A stretch of 29,351 bases of DNA from Saprospiraceae bacterium (lineage in GTDB: Bacteria; Bacteroidota; Bacteroidia; Chitinophagales; Saprospiraceae). Positions 15,801-24,230 of this stretch are shown in pieces. The stretch spans positions 1-29,351 of the forward strand of contig DATHZY010000283.1 of NCBI GenBank assembly GCA_035458325.1, given 5' to 3'. A model generated the notes under the pieces. That model searched no databases and was not told where the DNA came from. It was given only the letters and a program-made list of their open reading frames with translations. Within the stretch, counting starts at the first letter, position 1, and each line of letters opens with the position of its first letter. A program made the translations under genes and the position numbers.

Positions 15801-17986
15801 ACATATGAATACACACCGGAAGGATCAACTGAAACATCAATCGCTCCGTTGGGCTGGTTGCAAGAACTGTTGGGGGTAATATTTCCTGTGATCAGAATGG
15901 GATCTGTCATATTTGTCACTTCATAGGTGGCTGTTTGAATACAAGTCAATCCCAGGGTAGTGGTTATGGTGTAGGATCCGGTAGGGAGTGAAGTGATATC
16001 TTCCGTAGTTTCTCCATTTGACCAAAGAAAGGAATAGGCACCGGATGGAACTATATTGATGTCGACAGCGCCATTGGAGCCAAGACATAAAGTGTTTGGG
16101 AACGTAGTTCCGGTAATGTCAATGGTGATCTGTTCATCCGGAAGGATTGCAACAGCAGTTGAGGTACAATTGGTCAAAATATCTGTGACCGTGACAGAAT
16201 ACGTTCCTGCAGGTAGCGCTGTCAAATCTTCGGTTGTGGCACCAGTTGACCATAAGTAGGTGTAGGATCCTGCAGGCAAAACGCTTAGATCCAGCGCCCC
16301 GTTGCTTTGACCACAGGTTGCAGCCATAGGGGAGAGCGTGAGAACGGGAGGGGTTGTATTGTTTTCAATCGTATAGGTTGCGTTTTCAGTACAACTGCCC
16401 CCGGCAGATACTGTAATGATATAGTTGCCGGAAGAGAGATTGCTAATGTCCTCTGTGGTTGCACCGTTTGACCATAGAAATGTGTAAGGTCCACCTGGAG
16501 TTATCGTGATGTCAATGGCTCCATTTGGATTTGTACAGGAGGTAACCGGAATCGTGATTCCGGTCACTGTAATAGTGGGATTATTATTTCCAACGGTTAC
16601 ATTCGTTGTTGCCATGCAACCGCTACTTGTCGATGTGACGGTGACCGAATACGTTCCTGCCAGGATGTTGATGAGGTCCTCTGTGGTTGTTCCGTTTGAC
16701 CATAAATAGGTGTAGGATCCCGGAGGGTTTACGTTAAGGTCAATCGAACCATTGGGCTGGTCACAGGTGCTGGATGTCGGAGTTGCACCTGGGCTTGGAG
16801 GCGAAGTATCGTCTTCGACAAGGAAGCTTGCAGTTGATGAACAGCCTCCATTATCTGTGACTGTAACATTATACGTGCCCGGAGCGAGGTTGCTGATGTC
16901 TTGCGAAGTCGACCCATTCGACCAATTATACGTATATGCTCCCGGTGGTGAAACAGAGAGATCTACTGCTCCATTAGGTTGAACGCAGGATGAGTAGGGA
17001 GAGACGGAACCAGTGATAGTTATATTTGAATTACCCGGGTCTATCGTCCATGATGCTGAAGCAGTGCAGCCGCCGGCATTAGTTACAGTCACTGTATATG
17101 TTCCGGATTGGGTGACTGTAATGGAAGGTGTTGATTGGTTATTGCTCCACAGAAACGAGGTGAATTCTGTGCTGTTATCTATACTAATGGTCCCTGTCTG
17201 TCCCGAACAAAGTTCAGCAGGTCCTGACAAGATTGGAGGATTTATATCTTCTTCTGTAATAACGATAGAATCTGAATGCCAGCAATAGTTTGCTTCAGGG
17301 GAACTTCCATAAACAGTGTAGGTGCCAGGCCAGACCACTTCAATGGTATCTTCAATAAATCCTCCAGGGTACCAGATGACTTCCCCAAATGGTCCTCCAG
17401 TGACTGTAAGCGTGATGGTACTCCCGAAACACAAAATTGATGGACCAACGATTTCAGGGTAAGGTGTAGGATGAAAATCAAAGAAGCTAGGAGGAATGAT
17501 GTATTCACATCCTGAAGCAGGGTCAGTTACGGTTGCTGACCAGGTAATGTCATCAGTGATTAGAATAGAAGAAGTGGTTTCTCCTGTTGACCACAAATAA
17601 GTTGCCCCCGGAATGGAATCACGGAACCAATCAAGAAATAAGAAAACTGTATCTCCGAGACAGGCATTTTGATTGAAGGGATAGAACAATACTTGTGTTT
17701 GGGCTTTTACATGGCAGTTGATGGTTATGCTACATCCTTCAGCATCCGTAATCGTGACAAGATAATCGCCCAGGGCGAGAGGAATGGAAATGGTCTGTGT
17801 GGTATCGCCCGTTGCCCACAGATACGTATATGGTCCAGTGCCATTCAGTGGGTGTGCGGTAAGGTAAAGTGAATCCAGGTCACAAAAATTATTGTAAGTA
17901 TAATAGTCTGCAGAATATAAACATTGACCCCACGTGTCGTGCCAATTTAAAAAGAAGAGAATTAGTATAAAAAACCGTTTTTTCAT
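12890..17986 (-). CDS. Large SprB-repeat surface protein with a T9SS type B (gliding motility-associated) C-terminal domain
   Basis: 1698 aa. Signal peptide and 16 tandem units of about 75 aa (C..NGxIDL...YxxxWSNGxTTEDxxxLxxGxYxVTVTDxxxC), preceded by 4 more divergent units. The C-terminus VYIPNVFTPDADGINDIF...IFDRWG...GWDG...GDVTLVR matches a type B CTD. Confidence 0.9.
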   Translation of the reverse strand: MKKRFFILILFFLNWHDTWGQCLYSADYYTYNNFCDLDSLYLTAHPLNGTGPYTYLWATGDTTQTISIPLALGDYLVTITDAEGCSITINCHVKAQTQVLFYPFNQNACLGDTVFLFLDWFRDSIPGATYLWSTGETTSSILITDDITWSATVTDPASGCEYIIPPSFFDFHPTPYPEIVGPSILCFGSTITLTVTGGPFGEVIWYPGGFIEDTIEVVWPGTYTVYGSSPEANYCWHSDSIVITEEDINPPILSGPAELCSGQTGTISIDNSTEFTSFLWSNNQSTPSITVTQSGTYTVTVTNAGGCTASASWTIDPGNSNITITGSVSPYSSCVQPNGAVDLSVSPPGAYTYNWSNGSTSQDISNLAPGTYNVTVTDNGGCSSTASFLVEDDTSPPSPGATPTSSTCDQPNGSIDLNVNPPGSYTYLWSNGTTTEDLINILAGTYSVTVTSTSSGCMATTNVTVGNNNPTITVTGITIPVTSCTNPNGAIDITITPGGPYTFLWSNGATTEDISNLSSGNYIITVSAGGSCTENATYTIENNTTPPVLTLSPMAATCGQSNGALDLSVLPAGSYTYLWSTGATTEDLTALPAGTYSVTVTDILTNCTSTAVAILPDEQITIDITGTTFPNTLCLGSNGAVDINIVPSGAYSFLWSNGETTEDITSLPTGSYTITTTLGLTCIQTATYEVTNMTDPILITGNITPNSSCNQPNGAIDVSVDPSGVYSYVWSNGEVAEDISELTGGTYGITVTNNDGCTASSAFVIINTSSDYSFEGIVTPNTSCSLPNGNIDLILSPPGTYTFLWTNGSTTEEIDQLAAGSYGVTVSDINNCSSIATFAVADSFLLPAITAETSPETCGNNDGSIDVTVIPGNGNVFVWSTGSTNEDINNLGAGIYSLTVTASNGCAATDSFSILNQNSNFTTSGSVIPNTSCLSPNGAIDLTVSPPGTYTFTWSNTAVSEDISGLSSGYYYVTVTDISTCTSIDTFLISNNTSLPTLDVNITPAICGTNNGAIDLTIIPDLNMIYQWSNGSVTEDVHNLLPGNYSVTTTDTLSGCSVLDTFTVPNLNTNFTSSALLTPNTACIGPNGAIDLTVSPPGVYSFSWSNGATTEDLINLDSGTFTVLITDLSSCSSSETFVIINNTPDITITSLITPSSCGMNNGAIELNINPSAGNVFIWSNGATTEDINNLPSGLYVVTVTGIGGCAKVDSFDVNDQGLAITILGTTTANTNCNGANGNIDLSVIPNGAYSYLWSTGNTTQDISNLDPGNYTVTVSEINGCSSTASFTIEDLTISPVIESTITPSNCGNNNGQIELSILPVGTYLFTWSNGATTEDLTTLFPGTYAVTVTDINGCSAATSLVVSNTNSNFSLSAIPSANTSCTQSNGAINLTIAPSGTYTFLWSNGATSEDLVNIPAGTYAVTVTDISNCSSSGMYLVYEQAANLLVVETISPVLCGEANGSIDLEVIPPSGNSFSWSDGSTTEDINDILPGQYSVTVTGQNGCVWTSEFNVPGSEKLEIELQADVIQSGDAFVTLRAQVNVPLTALDTILWLPDELFECNQDFCLEQTITKPAAQTEIKVIAIDTNGCMAQASLQLDEKSDPNVYIPNVFTPDADGINDIFTVYGNKDVEMIDELQIFDRWGNQVFVNTEFPPNEENDGWDGSFKNTVMNPAVFAYWARVRYRDGTEGSFRGDVTLVR

Positions 17987-18247
17987 AATGGTTAAACTTC
18001 AAATGAAGTTGCTTCGAAATCATTTAATTCTCAATGACCCGGGTCAGCCAGAAGGGTGATAGGGATTTTAAGCCATATCGGTGCTCCTCCTCCGGATCAA
18101 TCTTCCAATTAATTTATAAATGTGGATTAAGGATGTGGCATGCCTATAAAGAGAGACCTTGAACAGGCCTAAAACACCACTGAATGGGGTAAAATCGGAA
18201 CTAATCAAATGGGATATTACCCCCCTTCAAAAAGGCGGATAGGTATA

Positions 18248-20977
18248 TTATTCTTTTATAAATCTTGCTGAGGCAAACTGGTGATCAAGTACGATTTGTA
18301 AAACGTAAAGCCCAGGGACCAGGGAGCTGATATCAATCATCAATGGGTTGGAGTAACTATTGCCTGATCCAAGTTTGATTTTTCCATCAGGATTTGCGAT
18401 CACATAATAATAAGGGGAATGGATTTCGTCAGATAACTCCACATAAATAGTTTCACTTGACGGATTTGGAAAAATATGTAGCGGAGATGAAGTACTACCT
18501 TGGATAGAAGAGGTTAGCATCACTTCTACTTTCACCCGTTCGGAAATACATTCCTTTGCATCTGTTTCAATTTTCCAATTATAGAAATAATAGTAAAACT
18601 GGTCACCAAAGGATGAAGTAGTAATAGAGCCTTCGTCTCCAATCGGATATGGATAGCCAAGGTTGCCCGTATTTCGCCACAAAAGGCCTTGCGGGCTTCG
18701 AAGTGTATAATTTCCGGGTTCAATATGGAAATCAAGATTCAACGTATTCACCCCTTGAACAACAGCAAACTGCTTGAAGGCGATAAGTGAATCTCCCTTC
18801 CAGAGTTGGACGAAGCGATTATTTAAAGGCGTGCCATCTGGAATCAGGATGTCTACGCTATGGAGTGTAAAGTATGCCCACGATGTAAACAATAAATATC
18901 CTGCCTGGTTGGACAATCCCCCAGGGCCTGAGGTATCAGGCTTACCTCCTGTTTCAATGACTCCGGTATAGGTATAATTACTTTCAAGAAAGTAAGTGCT
19001 CAACTGGCCTTGTGCTTTTGTTTTAAATACGGGCCCCGAAAAAAGCGGATCACCTCCGAATGGAACATCATACCATGTACAATTTGACCTGTCCGCAGTT
19101 AATATGATAGTATCCCCGGGAAGAAAATCAATGGAGATGATCTCCGGTATATCATTCGAAAGTACTGTAACTTGAAAAGGTTCTGAAACAGATGGTTGTT
19201 CAGAACACATAGCATCTATGGAAACCGAATATGTGCCACTTTCACTTACAAGGAGGACCGGTGTTCCGGTTGTTCCATCTGACCATATGTGGTTTGTTCC
19301 TGGAGTAGAGATTAATTCAAGCGAATCGTTTTGACAAATGATATTTCCCCCAGGTGAAAAGATTGTCGGCGGACTATCCTTATGGAATAGGATTTCGATA
19401 GGTTGACTGAGTTTGGCACATCCTTCATTGTCAAAGGAAATGACGTAGTAATTTCCTTCTTTATGGACCGGAAGGATGGCATCTGAACGGTTATCAGGCC
19501 ATAAATACTGCTCATACCCTCCAGGTGCTGTAAGGAAGATGGTATCGCCAGGGCAGATGTTGGGATCACCTGAAAGGGATATGGTATTATTTCCGGGCAA
19601 TAGACAGGGTGCTTCCGGGATAAAATAAGTACTGTCGGCATCCAGCCCATAGACTTTAGTTATCATCCCCGAAGGCCAGGAAATTTTAAGGGAATCAATA
19701 AAATCATTTTGTCCAAGTCCAAAATGTGCTGTCAGGGAGCTCATCGGGCTATAGCTTTGTCCTGACCTGATTTCCCTGATTTGCTTTCCCCAAGGGCCAA
19801 ATATTTCAATTCGTGCACCGATGCCACTTCGATTGGAAGAAATTCCACGTGGAATAACCTTAACCCAGTGATACTGATTGCCTTCATTTAACCAAACCTG
19901 TCCGTTACTAGAGACATCAAGGAACCCATCGTTGTTGAGGTCAGCAATAGCACCTGGGGTGACCAGAGCATTTTGCCCTGTAAATGTCAGGTCCCCTTTT
20001 CCAAGATAGAGTTCATTGGACAGTTCGGAGAATATATCCACAAAACCATCATTGTTGAAGTCCCCTGAAGCGTTTTCCCAGGCGCCAAGATCTGATGCAT
20101 CTATCCCTGATCCGGCGATAACGTCAGTAAAGGTCCCGTCTGCATTATTCCGGTACAAGCGGTTTTGCATATCATGATTGACAATAAAGGCATCAAAGTC
20201 ACCATCATTGTCAAAATCCTCAAAAACGGTAGACCAGGATTGGGCATTATCATCTACCCTGGCTTCCTGGCCAACTTCCGTAAATGTGCCGTCTCCGTTA
20301 TTCCGATATAACAGATTAATCCTGCTTACATCAGTTGGTGGAGCACCGCCCAGGCATTTGGTCAGATAGAGATCTGTATCCCGGTCATTATCATAGTCCA
20401 CCCAGATAGCTGCATAACTTCCGGGCAAGTCTGCAGTTTCGACTAGCCCAATATCCGGAGTCATATGCCCGTCTCCGTCATTCCGGTAGGGAACGGATCT
20501 GGCTGTGTCATTACATACGAACCCATCCAGCCAGCCATCATTGTTGATATCCGCAAGGGTAGACCGTTGGCTTACGATGAACCCCGGCATTAATGTCTCG
20601 GCATATTCACTTCCATTGTCATTAGCGTGAAGAAAGGATACCGTGCCGAGATGGCCGAAAAGCAGATCGTTGTACCCATTATTATCAATGTCGCCCGCAC
20701 ATATACTCCAGCTTGGTGGGGAAGCGATCGGTACAGGAAAAAAAAGTTGGACAAAACTTCCATCAGGTTGCTGATAATCAATGTATAAGCCTTTATTTCC
20801 GGTGCGTACCACATCATCTAACCGATCACTATTCATATCAACGGCACAATCTGAATAACCAGTAAATCCGGAGACCCCATTCAGTAATTGAGGGAGGTGG
20901 ACAAAGGAGACGCTTTGAGAAGTCGCGGGATGGCTCAGTAATACTGACATAAGGGTCAAAAGCGTGAGACGTCTCAT
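18248..20977 (-). CDS. FG-GAP/VCBS-repeat and ASPIC/UnbV (CRTAC1-like) protein with a T9SS type A C-terminal domain
   Basis: Signal peptide MRRLTLL..., repeated DxDNDGxxD motifs, ASPIC-like NRSGIGARI...HFGLG...WPSG, and a type A CTD IFPNPS...L..GLY.LQI...RFIKE. ATG 20977 is preferred over TTG 20986. Confidence 0.88.
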   Translation of the reverse strand: MRRLTLLTLMSVLLSHPATSQSVSFVHLPQLLNGVSGFTGYSDCAVDMNSDRLDDVVRTGNKGLYIDYQQPDGSFVQLFFPVPIASPPSWSICAGDIDNNGYNDLLFGHLGTVSFLHANDNGSEYAETLMPGFIVSQRSTLADINNDGWLDGFVCNDTARSVPYRNDGDGHMTPDIGLVETADLPGSYAAIWVDYDNDRDTDLYLTKCLGGAPPTDVSRINLLYRNNGDGTFTEVGQEARVDDNAQSWSTVFEDFDNDGDFDAFIVNHDMQNRLYRNNADGTFTDVIAGSGIDASDLGAWENASGDFNNDGFVDIFSELSNELYLGKGDLTFTGQNALVTPGAIADLNNDGFLDVSSNGQVWLNEGNQYHWVKVIPRGISSNRSGIGARIEIFGPWGKQIREIRSGQSYSPMSSLTAHFGLGQNDFIDSLKISWPSGMITKVYGLDADSTYFIPEAPCLLPGNNTISLSGDPNICPGDTIFLTAPGGYEQYLWPDNRSDAILPVHKEGNYYVISFDNEGCAKLSQPIEILFHKDSPPTIFSPGGNIICQNDSLELISTPGTNHIWSDGTTGTPVLLVSESGTYSVSIDAMCSEQPSVSEPFQVTVLSNDIPEIISIDFLPGDTIILTADRSNCTWYDVPFGGDPLFSGPVFKTKAQGQLSTYFLESNYTYTGVIETGGKPDTSGPGGLSNQAGYLLFTSWAYFTLHSVDILIPDGTPLNNRFVQLWKGDSLIAFKQFAVVQGVNTLNLDFHIEPGNYTLRSPQGLLWRNTGNLGYPYPIGDEGSITTSSFGDQFYYYFYNWKIETDAKECISERVKVEVMLTSSIQGSTSSPLHIFPNPSSETIYVELSDEIHSPYYYVIANPDGKIKLGSGNSYSNPLMIDISSLVPGLYVLQIVLDHQFASARFIKE

Positions 20978-21162
20978 TTTTATCAACTAAGATATCACAA
21001 CTGCCTTCGAAAACGGGCTATTCTGGCTACGAATGGGTGGTTTTTTGTCATAGAGGGGCATAATTGAGGTTTTACATAACCTGTTCTCCATAGAGTCCAG
21101 TACCTCCCATCAACTTCTAAAAAACTTTTGAAGTCTGGCTATGCCACGCAGCCCTTTCTTCT

Positions 21163-21170
21163 TACCTTTG
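21163..21170 (+). promoter_or_regulatory. Bacteroidota sigmaA -7 element for the atp operon
   Basis: TACCTTTG followed by C, 28 nt upstream of the atpB ATG. Confidence 0.6.
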
Positions 21171-21198
21171 CGCCTGATTTGAAGAATACCCTCTGCAA

Positions 21199-22560
21199 AT
21201 GAAGGAATTACGAAGTTTAGTGGCATTTTTTTACCTTATTCCGGCTCTCGTCATGATTGCCGGTTTTCCGGTTTCTCTGGCAGCCCAGGAGCATAATACC
21301 ACCCATCAGGAAACCAGCCACGCCACAGGCCAGGAAGCCCATTCGGACTCCACGACAGCTGATCATTCCACGGACATGCACGGGGATTCTGCCCATGAAG
21401 TCCATGCCTGTCATTTTCATGGTGATGTAGTGGAAACCGAGTACGATGCTACTTCCACAGCATTTCATCACATTTCAGATGCCAACGTGTATAGTATCGG
21501 GTCCTTCAACTTCCCTCTGCCATGCATCCTCTATGCAAAAGGCCATGGATGGGATATCTTTTCCTCCGGCAGGTTCAATTTTGACTTCTTCGGCCATGGG
21601 GAAGGTCGTACCGCCTATAACCGCTATGTCTTAGATGCCGGTGCTGTAAAACGCATTCAAGATGCCTCTTTCCCTGCAGGTGAAGTAGCCCTTGAAGGCT
21701 TTATCCATGAGCACAAGGTGGTGGATGGGGAAAATAAAGAGATTTCATATGCCTGCTATCAAGGCAAGCATTATCTGTTAGAATCACAAAGCACCGCAGA
21801 TGGCGGCCTTTTCGGAGGTGGAATTACCTCTTTCTACGATTTTTCTTTGACTAAGAATGTGGTGACGATGCTCCTCATCGCCCTCCTGCTGGCCTGGGCT
21901 TTTTTCAGCATTGCCAAGGCTTACAGGACAAGAGACAATATGGCACCAAAAGGGCTGCAGTCTTTTGTTGAACCCATTTTCCTGTTTATCCAGGATGAGG
22001 TCGCCAAGCCATTCCTTGGACATAAATGGGAAAAATTCCTGCCTTTGTTACTTTCCTTATTCTTCTTTATCCTCGGCCTGAATCTATTCGGCCAGATCCC
22101 TTTCCTGGGAGGAAGCAACGTGACGGGTAACCTCGGCTTTACAGCTGTATTAGCACTCATCACCTTCATCGTGGTGACCATCAACGGAAACAAACATTAC
22201 TGGAGTCATATCGTCTGGATGCCGGGTGTACCAGCCATTATCAAGATATTGATTCTTACACCAGTGGAGATATTGGGCATGTTTATCAAGCCCTTCACCC
22301 TCATGTTGCGTCTTTTTGCCAACATCACTGCCGGACACATCGTGGTCATGGCGTTTGTTGGACTGATCTTCATGTTTGGAAAACTAGGTGAAAGCCTGGC
22401 TGGCGGTGTGGTCGGAGCTGTCGTTTCTATTCCACTGACCATTTTTATCATGGCTATCGAATTATTGGTGGCGTTTATACAGGCGTATGTGTTCACACTG
22501 TTGACAGCCTCTTATATCGGTGCTGCGACGGAGGAACATCATCATGCTGAAAAACATTAA
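21199..22560 (+). CDS. atpB: F0F1 ATP synthase subunit a with a long N-terminal extension
   Basis: 453 aa. APKGLQSFVEP, NLFGQIPF, TGNLGFT, the catalytic Arg in LMLRLFANITAGH, and ELLVAFIQAYVFTLLT. Confidence 0.95.
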   Translation: MKELRSLVAFFYLIPALVMIAGFPVSLAAQEHNTTHQETSHATGQEAHSDSTTADHSTDMHGDSAHEVHACHFHGDVVETEYDATSTAFHHISDANVYSIGSFNFPLPCILYAKGHGWDIFSSGRFNFDFFGHGEGRTAYNRYVLDAGAVKRIQDASFPAGEVALEGFIHEHKVVDGENKEISYACYQGKHYLLESQSTADGGLFGGGITSFYDFSLTKNVVTMLLIALLLAWAFFSIAKAYRTRDNMAPKGLQSFVEPIFLFIQDEVAKPFLGHKWEKFLPLLLSLFFFILGLNLFGQIPFLGGSNVTGNLGFTAVLALITFIVVTINGNKHYWSHIVWMPGVPAIIKILILTPVEILGMFIKPFTLMLRLFANITAGHIVVMAFVGLIFMFGKLGESLAGGVVGAVVSIPLTIFIMAIELLVAFIQAYVFTLLTASYIGAATEEHHHAEKH

Positions 22561-22670
22561 GAATAACGAATAGCGAATAACGAATAAGGAATAACGAAGT
22601 AAGAAGTAAGAAGGTGAAGTGGAAAGTAAAAAGTGTAAATTTTATTTACTCACAACTCACAACTCACAAA
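22561..22670 (+). repeat. Compound 7-nt tandem arrays in the atpB-atpE spacer
   Basis: GAATAAC-like x5 at 22561-22595, GAAGTAA/AAGTRNA-like units at 22596-22637, and TACTCAC AACTCAC AACTCAC at 22647-22667. Confidence 0.9.
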
Positions 22671-22692
22671 TAGCATTTAACTAACTCAATAA

Positions 22693-22911
<219 letters not shown>

Positions 22912-22926
22912 TTGCAACAACGAACT

Positions 22927-22968
22927 ATTCCAGATGCCTTGCGATTGGCCGGGCTTCTGGAATCTTTT
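22927..22968 (+). terminator. Stem-loop after atpE (weak terminator or mRNA stability element)
   Basis: ATTCCAGA (22927-22934) pairs with TCTGGAAT (22956-22963), with inner GCCT/GGGC pairing, followed by CTTTT. Confidence 0.4.
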
Positions 22969-23019
22969 AAAAAAAATCAAAAACTCCTGATATCAACCGG
23001 GAGAGAAAAAAAATAAACT

Positions 23020-23538
23020 ATGGATCTCTTTTTTCTTTCAGAGTTTACTGTTGCCCGTCCTGGCATAGGCTTGCTTTTCTGGACGACGATTATTTTCATA
23101 GCGTTCTGGATCATGGTTGGAAAGTTTGCTTTTCGTCCTATCAAGGATGCTTTGAAAAAACGTGAAGATGATATTCAATCGGCCCTGGATGAAGCCAAGA
23201 AAGCTAAAGAAGAAATGGCACAACTCAACAATGACAATCAACGGTTGTTGAATGAAGCGCGCGAAGAAAGAGCAAAACTGCTGCGTGAAGCTAAATTGAC
23301 GGGTGACCACCTGATCACTGAAGCACGTGACAAAGCGAAGCTTGAAGCTCAAAAGATTGTAGCAGATGCCAGGCAGGAGATCGAAAACCAGAAGAACAAA
23401 GCCATCGTGGAAGTAAAAAACCAGGTAGGCCAGATGTCCATTGATATCGCCGAAAAACTTATCCGCCAGCAAATGGGTCAGACCCAGGAGCAGAAGAACC
23501 TGGTGGACAAGCTTGTAAATGACATTAAACTCAGCTAG
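23020..23538 (+). CDS. atpF: F0F1 ATP synthase subunit b
   Basis: 172 aa. PGIGLLFWT TM helix, KFAFRPI..AL..RE..I, and a long A/E/K coiled coil. Confidence 0.95.
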   Translation: MDLFFLSEFTVARPGIGLLFWTTIIFIAFWIMVGKFAFRPIKDALKKREDDIQSALDEAKKAKEEMAQLNNDNQRLLNEAREERAKLLREAKLTGDHLITEARDKAKLEAQKIVADARQEIENQKNKAIVEVKNQVGQMSIDIAEKLIRQQMGQTQEQKNLVDKLVNDIKLS

Positions 23539-23542
23539 AAAA

Positions 23543-23616
23543 AGGCTAAGGCTAAGGCTAAGGTGAAGGAATTAGAAGCACAACAGAATACTCACAACTG
23601 ACAACTCACAACTCAC
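23543..23616 (+). repeat. 6-nt and 7-nt tandem arrays in the atpF-atpH spacer
   Basis: (AGGCTA)x3 AGGTGA at 23543-23566; TACTCAC AACTGAC AACTCAC AACTCAC at 23589-23616. Confidence 0.9.
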
Positions 23617-23626
23617 AAAGGAAACC

Positions 23627-24187
23627 ATGTCATCATACCGGATAGCATCCAGATACGCCAAATCCCTGATTGACCTCGCTGGTGAGCAAGGCAAGCTTGA
23701 CAGGGTCGTGGAGGATATGGCCTTCTTTGCGGAAGTGTCCAAACTAAAGGATGTAGCACTGTTGTTGAAGAGCCCTATCATCAATTCAGATAAAAAGGGG
23801 AAGGTCCTGGATGCCATTTTTTCAGGAAAGGTTGATCCAATGACCCATTCTTTTATTGAAATTATCCTCAGGAAAGGCAGAGAAGCCTACCTGGGCGAAA
23901 TCGCTGAAGAGGTGGTCAACCAATACCGCGTAATCAAGGGAATTTCAATCGTAGAGGTTGTTTCCGCTGAAGCATTATCAGCAGAGGCGCTGGAGTCGAT
24001 CAGGAAAAAACTTGTAGACAGCAAACTGACGCATGGCAATATTCAGTTCAAGACGTCTGTTGACGCAAACTTGATCGGTGGCTTTGTCATCTCCTTTGAA
24101 GACAAATTATATGATGCCAGTATCAAGCATCAGTTGGACCTCCTGCGCAAGGAGTTTTCATCAAAAGATTATCAAGCAGCTATATAA
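23627..24187 (+). CDS. atpH: F0F1 ATP synthase subunit delta
   Basis: 186 aa. IASRYAKSL, LLKSPII, VDANLIGGF...YDASI. Confidence 0.95.
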   Translation: MSSYRIASRYAKSLIDLAGEQGKLDRVVEDMAFFAEVSKLKDVALLLKSPIINSDKKGKVLDAIFSGKVDPMTHSFIEIILRKGREAYLGEIAEEVVNQYRVIKGISIVEVVSAEALSAEALESIRKKLVDSKLTHGNIQFKTSVDANLIGGFVISFEDKLYDASIKHQLDLLRKEFSSKDYQAAI

Positions 24188-24230
24188 TACTCGAATACTC
24201 ATAACGATCAACATCTAAATAAACAAAATC

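Noticed and set aside
22561-22670. Possible CRISPR array or phase-variation tract among the spacer repeats
   Set aside because: Units are 6-9 nt with no unique spacers and no cas genes, and the arrays are degenerate and intergenic, so they cannot shift a reading frame.
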